64,000 nucleotides of DNA from Microgenomates group bacterium GW2011_GWC1_46_15 (GTDB lineage: Bacteria > Patescibacteriota > Microgenomatia > UBA1400 > UBA12028). The notes under the pieces were generated by a model. The model searched no databases. It was given only the letters and a program-made list of their open reading frames with translations, and was not told where the DNA came from. The DNA lies in the NCBI GenBank assembly GCA_001002285.1, contig LCLX01000001.1, positions 64,030 to 128,029 on the forward strand, written 5' to 3'. The translations under genes and the position numbers were made by a program. Positions within the stretch are counted from its first letter, which is position 1, and each line of letters begins with the position of its first letter. This document shows positions 57,405-64,000 of this stretch, piece after piece.

Positions 57405-59744
57405 ATGGGTCTGCCACATCTTTTTCCTGGTGCGAAAAAAACCACAGATCAGCGGGTGTTTCTTTCCCTGGATATTGGAGAAGAAACGATCACTGCTGGG
57501 TTGTGGAAGATTGAGAATAATACCATTGAGTTCCTCAAGACAAGTAGTCCAATTGAGTGGAAAGATACGTCTCCCACAGATGCCGCCGAGGCTGCGGACG
57601 TTGCGCTTGGAGAACTTGGCCAAGACGCCGACAACGTGCACGATATTGTGTTTGGACTTCAGGAATCTTGGGTGCGGGGGCAGACTATCGTTGTTGACCG
57701 CAAACCCGTTCTCAAACTTCTCAAAGAACAACTTGAGCTTCACCCCTTAGGATTTGTTGTAACAACAGAAGCGTTGCTCCATTATCTGCAAGCTGAAGAA
57801 GGCGGACCGATCAGCTCGATTCTTCTGCAGTACACAAGTGAGCACATCATTGTTACGCTCGTGAAAGCGGGCAAAGTGATTCGGACAGAACAGGTTGGTC
57901 GGAGTGGAAGTAGTGTTGCCGATGTTATCGAGGGATTAACGAGGTTTTCCGGTACCACATTACCATCGCGCATGATTGTGTACAGCGTCCGCATGAAAGC
58001 GGAGGAGTTGGAGCGGGAAAAACAAACGTTGCTCACGCAGGAATGGCAAAAGGCTGTGAAGTTTCTCCATGTTCCAAAAATTGATGTGCTCCCCCCACAT
58101 ACGGTGATTCGGGCGGTGTGTGTTTATGGAGGGACAGAAGTCGCGGTGTCGCTTGGATATATTCAGCGCGGTGAAGCGGAGTCGCTTGTTCAATCGGGAG
58201 TTGCGGTGGGAAACGTGCACGAGGAAGAACCATTGCCTGCAAAGCGTGGGAAAAGAATGGTTGTTGAAGAAGTTGTGCCGGATGTCGTTGTACCTCCACA
58301 AAAATCACCAATAACAATGAGTTCCGCGGAAGAGTTTGGATTTCATGATGTTGGGAGCGCTACGGGTGTGGAACAAGAACAACCGCGGGAAGAAATAAAA
58401 ATCCGCGGGTATGTAACAGAAGAAGATACTTCGAATGTTTCTGGTATGGAACAGGAACGCGTAGAATTGCAGCCTCTATCGCAAATACAAAAACGCGCGT
58501 TCACCCTCCCCTCATTGGGGGCAATGTTTAGTGCAGTGCGTCTGCCTAAAATATCTCTGCCAAAAATTTCTATTCAACTACCGTCACTTTCCGGCGGCCA
58601 GACGGGACTAATGATTGGTATCGTACTCGTTGTTCTTCTCCTGGGAGTTGGCGGCGGCGCGTTCGCGCTTTCAAAAACAATGACGACAGCGTTCACCGTT
58701 GTGCTTAACACATCACCCATTTCAAAAGACATTGATATTACGTTGGATCCCACCGCAGCGCAGTCTAACCCCGAAGCAAATGTGGTAAAAGCGACAGTTA
58801 TAGAAAAAGAAGTATCGGGCGCGATGGAAGGTGCGACAACGGGAACGAATATTGTTGGCGACAAGGCAAAAGGAAAAGTAACGATATATAACGCAACGGG
58901 GAGCGAGAAAAAGTTTCCTGCGGGAACAACAATTACTGCGGCCAACGGCTTTAAGTTTACGCTTGATGGAGAAGTGATCATTGCAAGTTCTTCCGGCTCT
59001 TCCGCGCTCAACTCTCAGTTGGGTCAGGCTGATGTAACAGTGACTGCCGCAAAAATCGGCGCAGACTCTAATCTCCCAGCAAAAACGGAGTTTTCTGTAG
59101 CGAACTTTGACAAAAAAACGTATGTTGCGTCTAATGCCGATGCTTTTTCAGGTGGAACGAGCAGAGAAATTCAGGCGGTTTCAAAAGCAGACATAGACTC
59201 TCTTTCCAGCCTATTAACAGAAGATCTTAAGAAAAAAGCAAAAGACGCGCTCGTCCAGGGGGAAATTGGTGACATACACATCATTCCGGCGGATGAGTTT
59301 GAAGTCAAAAGCCAGCAGTTTAGCGCAAAAGCGGGTGACGAAGCAAAACTGGTAAATGTTTCGATGACGCTTACGGCAAAAGGCGTGTCATATACCACCG
59401 CCGACCTCCTTCCGATCGCGCAACGGCAGCTTCAAGATCTCTTGCTCGATGGCGCAGTGTTACGACAGGAAAAAACGCAGTTAACTGTACAATCGCTCGA
59501 GCGTGACAAGGAAGCATATCAGCTGAAAGTTTCACTCGTGTCAGAAACAATTCCGGCGTTTGATAAATCTTCCGCGATCTCAAACATTATGGGTAGAACA
59601 CTTTTGCAGAGCGTGAACATACTCAAAGACATGAAAGAGGTACAAGACGCGCGTGTTGTTGTTTTACCAGGCATCGCAAAAACTGTTTTTGGCGTGGTTC
59701 CAAAAGATACGAAACGCGTAACAATGCAGACAACGTTAGAGTAA
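57405..59744 (+). CDS. large membrane protein: cytoplasmic FtsA/actin-like N-terminal region, one TM helix, extracellular beta-rich C-terminal half
   Basis: VFLSLDIGEETITAGLWKIE resembles the actin-fold phosphate-1 loop. TM helix LMIGIVLVVLLLGVGGGAFAL near aa 400. Confidence 0.45.
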   Translation: MGLPHLFPGAKKTTDQRVFLSLDIGEETITAGLWKIENNTIEFLKTSSPIEWKDTSPTDAAEAADVALGELGQDADNVHDIVFGLQESWVRGQTIVVDRKPVLKLLKEQLELHPLGFVVTTEALLHYLQAEEGGPISSILLQYTSEHIIVTLVKAGKVIRTEQVGRSGSSVADVIEGLTRFSGTTLPSRMIVYSVRMKAEELEREKQTLLTQEWQKAVKFLHVPKIDVLPPHTVIRAVCVYGGTEVAVSLGYIQRGEAESLVQSGVAVGNVHEEEPLPAKRGKRMVVEEVVPDVVVPPQKSPITMSSAEEFGFHDVGSATGVEQEQPREEIKIRGYVTEEDTSNVSGMEQERVELQPLSQIQKRAFTLPSLGAMFSAVRLPKISLPKISIQLPSLSGGQTGLMIGIVLVVLLLGVGGGAFALSKTMTTAFTVVLNTSPISKDIDITLDPTAAQSNPEANVVKATVIEKEVSGAMEGATTGTNIVGDKAKGKVTIYNATGSEKKFPAGTTITAANGFKFTLDGEVIIASSSGSSALNSQLGQADVTVTAAKIGADSNLPAKTEFSVANFDKKTYVASNADAFSGGTSREIQAVSKADIDSLSSLLTEDLKKKAKDALVQGEIGDIHIIPADEFEVKSQQFSAKAGDEAKLVNVSMTLTAKGVSYTTADLLPIAQRQLQDLLLDGAVLRQEKTQLTVQSLERDKEAYQLKVSLVSETIPAFDKSSAISNIMGRTLLQSVNILKDMKEVQDARVVVLPGIAKTVFGVVPKDTKRVTMQTTLE

Positions 59745-59766
59745 TGCGCGGTACAATACTATTCCT

Positions 59767-60594
59767 ATGCAAAAAATCGTGTACAAGAAAGCGAGTCGGG
59801 TTTCCGTACAGCGGAACAGTGTTCCTGCGCCGTACCATCAAACAAAAAGCCGGAGGTTTGTCCACATCATTCCCGCGGTTTTAGTAACACTGGGGAGTAT
59901 GCTGATTGCAAACGTGTTGTGGCCGATTATTTCGTATCAACTCTTCGTTTCTCCATCACTGCAAAAACAAGCGCTTCTTTCGCCGGTTGCGGATACTTCA
60001 TTTGATGAAACTGGTTCGTACATTCAACAGGTGTTGCCTGTCCGCGCATTGGGTGATGAAAGAATTCCGCGCGAGCCAAAAATTTTAACGGAAGAGTTGG
60101 ACTACACAAACCTTTCACAATGGTTCCCAACGCAGGAAATTCCGGAAGTTCGGCCGGAAGAAGCAATCACGTATGAAATTGACATTCCCGCTCTGCGTAT
60201 TCAGCAGGCAAAAGTGAAGGTAGGCGGGCTTGCTCTTGATAAAAACTTGATTCAATATCCTGGTACTGCTAATCCTGGTGAACTGGGGTCGCCGGTGATT
60301 TTTGGACACTCCGTTTCGCCATTGTTTTATAATCCCTCGCTCAACAACCCACGGCGGTACGTTTCAATTTTTACAAAAATTATGGACTTAAAGAAGGGTG
60401 ATACAATCACTGTCCGGTACGACGGTATTACGTATACCTACCGTGTAACGAACAAAATGGAAGTGAAACCTGAAGATACGTACATTCTTCAGCAAAGATA
60501 TGATGTCCGGGAGCTGAAGCTTGTTACATGTACACCGCCGGGAACGGTACTGCGGCGCGGTATCGTGTTTGCCCAACTGGAAGACATACAATGA
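59767..60594 (+). CDS. sortase-family transpeptidase
   Basis: N-terminal anchor. VIFGHS...KKGDTITVRYDGITYTYRVTNKMEVKPEDTYIL...LKLVTCTPPGTVLRRGIVFA parallels the SrtA His, TLxTC Cys and Arg triad. Confidence 0.7.
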   Translation: MQKIVYKKASRVSVQRNSVPAPYHQTKSRRFVHIIPAVLVTLGSMLIANVLWPIISYQLFVSPSLQKQALLSPVADTSFDETGSYIQQVLPVRALGDERIPREPKILTEELDYTNLSQWFPTQEIPEVRPEEAITYEIDIPALRIQQAKVKVGGLALDKNLIQYPGTANPGELGSPVIFGHSVSPLFYNPSLNNPRRYVSIFTKIMDLKKGDTITVRYDGITYTYRVTNKMEVKPEDTYILQQRYDVRELKLVTCTPPGTVLRRGIVFAQLEDIQ

Positions 60595-60971
60595 AACTTT
60601 TAGCGATTGATTATGGAACAAAACGTGTTGGTGTTGCGCTCAACCACGAGTGGCTCGCCGAACCGTTCGCGGTGTATGAGCGGTCTACCGCTTTGGATGA
60701 AGTTGTGAAGTTAGTGCGGTCAGAATGTATTGAGGCAGTGGTGATTGGTATTTCTGAGGGAAAAATGGCTGAAGATGCCCGACGTTTTACGCATGAGGTG
60801 TGTGCAAAGACCGGCGCCAAGTATATTGAAGTTGACGAAACGCTCACCAGCAGAGAAACGCATGAGAAACTTGCAAGTAGCGCAATGTCAAAACAAAAAA
60901 GACAAAAGCCGATTGATCACTACGCCGCTGCGGCAATCCTACAGGACTATCTCGACACGCATCAATCGTGA
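60591..60971 (+). CDS. ruvX: YqgF/RuvX-like Holliday-junction resolvase / pre-16S processing nuclease
   Basis: MKLLAIDYGTKRVGVAL. Confidence 0.8.
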   Translation: MKLLAIDYGTKRVGVALNHEWLAEPFAVYERSTALDEVVKLVRSECIEAVVIGISEGKMAEDARRFTHEVCAKTGAKYIEVDETLTSRETHEKLASSAMSKQKRQKPIDHYAAAAILQDYLDTHQS

Positions 60972-60975
60972 ATAT

Positions 60976-61389
60976 TTATTTCTTGAGTGCTAACGCACGG
61001 TCAAATGTTTTTTTTGCTGCTTCAAATCCCAAAAGTGATTTCACTTCGTGTTCATCGGCCCACTTCACGTCTTCCATTTCCCAATCGTGGTCGGCAATAT
61101 TGCCGGACACGTACTCCATCACATAGTACTGGACGGTTTTAGAAATTTTTTCACCGTTGAATGTATAAAAATATGATTCTTTTTCTTGAATTAGCGTGAT
61201 GATGTTTGCGGTGATGCCGGTTTCTTCACGCACCTCACGGATTGCCGTTGTTTGAGCATCCTCCCCCGGGTCAATCAAGCCTTTTGGAAATGCCCATTTG
61301 TGATAGCCAGAGTGCTTTGCGATCAACCACAATGTTTTACCGCCTTGGGTTTTAAAGACGATTCCGCCAGCCGAATGTTCAGTTTTCAT
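60976..61389 (-). CDS. NUDIX hydrolase
   Basis: Nudix box GLIDPGEDAQTTAIREVREETGI. Confidence 0.75.
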   Translation of the reverse strand: MKTEHSAGGIVFKTQGGKTLWLIAKHSGYHKWAFPKGLIDPGEDAQTTAIREVREETGITANIITLIQEKESYFYTFNGEKISKTVQYYVMEYVSGNIADHDWEMEDVKWADEHEVKSLLGFEAAKKTFDRALALKK

Positions 61390-61414
61390 AGATGTATTAT
61401 TCTCTAGGTGAGAT

Positions 61415-61473
61415 GATTTCTTTTTGAGGAACTCAGGGTATCGGGTTCCCTGGAGACGAAAAAAAGAAATGAT
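61415..61473. repeat. second full copy of the palindromic element (tttcttttt-GAGGAACTCAGGGTATCGGGTTCCCTGGAGA-cgaaaaaaagaaa)
   Basis: Shares a 15-nt identical core and the same flank architecture with 37259-37311. Confidence 0.6.
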
Positions 61474-61483
61474 CGAACACCTG

Positions 61484-61555
61484 TGCTCCCAAGTGGAATC
61501 GAACCACTACCTCAAGGTTCGGAACCTTGTGGTCTATCCGTTAGCCTATGGGAGC
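61484..61555 (-). tRNA. tRNA-Arg (anticodon CCG)
   Basis: Hand-folded on the reverse complement. Acceptor GCTCCCA/TGGGAGC, anticodon stem CAAGG/CCTTG, loop TTCCGAA, T arm AGTGG-TTCGATT-CCACT, discriminator A. Confidence 0.8.
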
Positions 61556-61613
61556 GAACAGCCCAATTATACCAGGCTTTCCTTTTTCCTATTCAGTCAT
61601 ATAATTCAAGCCT

Positions 61614-61964
61614 ATGTTTGAAAAAGACAGTATTGAGTACAAACGCGTGGTTTCTCCAGGACATATTCGTCTGAGTGCGGAGTTACATGGAAAAATTGTT
61701 GGATCTGTGATCATCTTCATTCTTGAAAAGATTGCATTGCTCGAAAAATTTCATGTTGATTCAGAAGTAAGAAAAAATGGAGTAGGGACGCATATGCTTG
61801 AAGAAGTTGAGGCACTTTGTGTGGAACAAGGCGCTTTTCAACTTTTGCGCATTGGTATGTTTTGTGACGCAGACTCAATTTTTGAATATATCGCTATTGT
61901 GCAATTTTTACGCAAACGCAAATACAAATATCGAGGTATTTGGTTGTCCAAGAAACTTCGCTAA
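61614..61964 (+). CDS. GNAT-family N-acetyltransferase-like
   Basis: VRKNGVGTHMLEEVEALCVEQG resembles GNAT motif A. Confidence 0.45.
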   Translation: MFEKDSIEYKRVVSPGHIRLSAELHGKIVGSVIIFILEKIALLEKFHVDSEVRKNGVGTHMLEEVEALCVEQGAFQLLRIGMFCDADSIFEYIAIVQFLRKRKYKYRGIWLSKKLR

Positions 61965-61999
61965 TAGGGTTCTGTTCATCCATACGGTAAAATGGGCGG

Positions 62000-62953
62000 A
62001 TGACCATGTGGCAGATACTTCCTAAACCATTCACAATTCTTGCCCCCATGGAGGAGGTAACGGATACCGTGTTCCGGCAGATTGTCACGCGCGCAGGCAA
62101 GCCGGATGTGTTTTTCACGGAGTTTTGCAATGTTGATGGTTTGCAGTCCAAAGGAAGGGAAAAAGTAATTCATCGCTTGCAGTACACAAAAGGCGAACAT
62201 CCGATTGTTGCGCAAATCTGGGGAAACACGCCCGAGCATTACTACACAACCGCGAAAGAACTCGTAGAGATGGGATTTGACGGCATTGATATCAACATGG
62301 GATGTCCAGAAAAAGACGTGATTAAAAGCGGGAGCTGTATTGCACTTATCAACAACCGCACGTTGGCGGCAGAAATTATTGATGCAACACGGCGCGGAGC
62401 CAGAAAGTTACCTGTGAGTGTAAAAACGCGGATTGGTCTAAACACCATTGCAACAGAGGATTGGTGCGGGTGGCTCCTTTCCCAAAACCTTGGCGCGCTT
62501 ACCGTACATGGAAGAACAGCAAAGGAACAATCTATGGTGCCGGCGCACTGGGATGAGATTGGGAAAGTGGTGAAGCTGCGGGATCAGATGAAACTCAAAA
62601 CAATGATTATCGGCAACGGTGACGTGCGGGACAAACATGATGCAGAAGAAAAGGCGCTGATATATGGTGTTGACGGCGTGATGATCGGCCGCGGAATCTT
62701 TGAGAACCTGTGGTGTTTTTCTAACCATCAGCCAACAAAAGACGAACGCCTGCATATGTTGATAGAACACGCGCGGCTATGGGAAAAAACGTGGGGCAGT
62801 ACAAAACACTTCGCGATTATGCGCAAGTTTGTGAAGGCATACGTAAAAGGATGGGATGGCGCAAGTGAGTTGCGGGCAAAGTTAATGACGGCGAACTCTG
62901 CTAGTGAGATGGAGAAGATAATTTCGACTTCACATGTCGAGACTTCAAAATAA
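62000..62953 (+). CDS. dus: tRNA-dihydrouridine synthase
   Basis: ILAPMEEVTDTVFRQI...GFDGIDINMGCPEKDVIKSGSCIALI with the catalytic Cys, and KTRIG. Confidence 0.8.
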   Translation: MTMWQILPKPFTILAPMEEVTDTVFRQIVTRAGKPDVFFTEFCNVDGLQSKGREKVIHRLQYTKGEHPIVAQIWGNTPEHYYTTAKELVEMGFDGIDINMGCPEKDVIKSGSCIALINNRTLAAEIIDATRRGARKLPVSVKTRIGLNTIATEDWCGWLLSQNLGALTVHGRTAKEQSMVPAHWDEIGKVVKLRDQMKLKTMIIGNGDVRDKHDAEEKALIYGVDGVMIGRGIFENLWCFSNHQPTKDERLHMLIEHARLWEKTWGSTKHFAIMRKFVKAYVKGWDGASELRAKLMTANSASEMEKIISTSHVETSK

Positions 62954-63359
62954 TCAACATAATAATGACGTTCATGATAGCAAGCGCTAATGGATACAGA
63001 TATGTGGCAATGTTGTATTGTCCCAAAGCAGTAATAGATAAACCGTGTCGTAGCGCGTGTAAAACATAACTCACGAACGTTTCACTCTCCGGAGCTTTTA
63101 TTGTTTTTCGTATTGTTGGAATAAATGCAAGTACGTCAACCGTTGTGAGAATAATAATGGATAGGGTTGGATCGTTTGTTAACAACCACGGAATAATCGC
63201 GAGCAAAGCCGCAATAAATATAATGACATCAGACCTTGTAATGTCCTTACTTCCATACTTGAAGGAAATAAGCGCGATGAAAATTGTGAGTAGTCCAGTT
63301 ACTCCCGTTGTCCACGAACCAGCACCTCCTCCTTTATTTAGCCTTTTCTCATTTGCCAA
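62901..63359 (-). CDS. hypothetical multi-pass membrane protein
   Basis: Four hydrophobic helices. Confidence 0.35.
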   Translation of the reverse strand: MANEKRLNKGGGAGSWTTGVTGLLTIFIALISFKYGSKDITRSDVIIFIAALLAIIPWLLTNDPTLSIIILTTVDVLAFIPTIRKTIKAPESETFVSYVLHALRHGLSITALGQYNIATYLYPLALAIMNVIIMLIILKSRHVKSKLSSPSH

Positions 63360-64000
63360 AAAAGAGCAAGAAGAACACCAAGAAATGTTGCAGCAGAAAG
63401 CACATCAACAGCCATTCTTTGCGGTGTTTCGGTCATCTTCGACACAATGAGATTTTGTCCTTTAGGAATGGGGAACACAAGCATACCGGAGTTTGTAGTG
63501 TCTTTGTAGTTCACATCCACCTCTGTTCCATTGACCCAAACCCTCCAGCCAGGATAGTACATAGTGTGCTCGACAAGCGTTGTGGCCTGAGGCGCATAAG
63601 CAGAATACTGATGTTCTTGCGTTTTCCAGGATGTAACGTGAATCTTTGTCTTTGGCGCGCGCGACTCAACTTTTTGTACTGGAAGACCTTGTGGTTTTGG
63701 TACAAGCCATTGTGTTGCCTGTTCATCGGCCCACGTGGTCGTCCCCTCAATCGCATCACCTGTAAACTTTTCTTCAAACACAACCTGATTGACATGCCAC
63801 TCGTCTTTGGCGATGGCAAACACGAAAACGATAGAAATAATCACAACGAGCCACGTCACAAAAGGTTTCCAGTTCATCTTTTTTGATATGTAGTACAAGC
63901 CGAAACTTGAAAGAATACTCAGCGAAGAAACAGTGATCATGAGGAACCGCCATGGGAACTGGACAAAGGGTAAAAGCGGGATACGGTCCCACAACGGTTT
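63338..64000 (-). CDS. hypothetical membrane-anchored protein (possibly 5'-partial at the window edge)
   Basis: N-terminal TM helices followed by a soluble beta-rich domain. The ORF reaches the last 6 nt of the window. Confidence 0.4.
   Translation of the reverse strand, partial: KPLWDRIPLLPFVQFPWRFLMITVSSLSILSSFGLYYISKKMNWKPFVTWLVVIISIVFVFAIAKDEWHVNQVVFEEKFTGDAIEGTTTWADEQATQWLVPKPQGLPVQKVESRAPKTKIHVTSWKTQEHQYSAYAPQATTLVEHTMYYPGWRVWVNGTEVDVNYKDTTNSGMLVFPIPKGQNLIVSKMTETPQRMAVDVLSAATFLGVLLALFWQMRKG

Noticed and set aside
63308-63886. 192-aa plus-strand ORF at the window end
   Set aside because: It overlaps, in antisense, a longer minus-strand ORF that has clear TM-helix structure. It has Cys/His/Arg-rich odd composition and no RBS.

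Overview
The window looks like a compact, gene-dense bacterial chromosome segment with mostly co-directional plus-strand genes and roughly 50% G+C judged by eye. I infer a small-genome, CPR/Patescibacteria-like organism from the short IF-2, truncated SufD, sortase, zinc-finger-less DnaJ and leaderless promoters. TGA is used as an ordinary stop, so this is standard code 11.

Most of the content is housekeeping:
- sodA
- a LacD-family aldolase
- DNA repair genes (MutY/Nth-like glycosylase, DnaQ-like exonuclease, a family-4 UDG)
- a suf Fe-S operon (sufC-sufB-sufD'-sufS-sufU) in which sufB carries a LAGLIDADG intein
- t6A genes (a tsaC-tsaE fusion plus tsaD)
- yjjX, trpS, ftsH, a 2-TM K+ channel, and a 5'-3' exonuclease
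- a GT4 glycosyltransferase and a clan GH-A glycosidase
- the hrcA-grpE-dnaK-dnaJ heat-shock operon with a degenerate CIRCE
- radC, nadD-nadE, a SET-domain protein, nusA-infB, rpsO-pnp, a Lon-like AAA+ protein without a protease domain, rnj, ftsK, a rodZ-like gene, alaS, a sortase, ruvX and dus
- three tRNAs (Ser-GGA, Ser-GCT, Arg-CCG)
- three toxin-antitoxin modules (VapBC-like, RelE/Phd-like, AbiEii-like)

The best candidate for something undescribed is a tight five-gene plus-strand operon at 38.4-44.3 kb. It encodes highly charged, coiled-coil-rich proteins (288, 74, 813, 627 and 103 aa) with no recognisable catalytic motifs. It is preceded by a (GT)7 microsatellite in its promoter region and sits just upstream of rpsO.

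Other notable points:
- a compositionally foreign (AT-rich) mid-domain inside alaS
- an RGG/GYGG low-complexity tail on PNPase
- a conserved about 55-bp palindromic element upstream of two hydrolase genes
- GATCGGGACT repeats upstream of ftsK
- a large FtsA-like/TM/extracellular protein paired with a sortase

I found no rRNA genes, CRISPR array, integrase or transposase.
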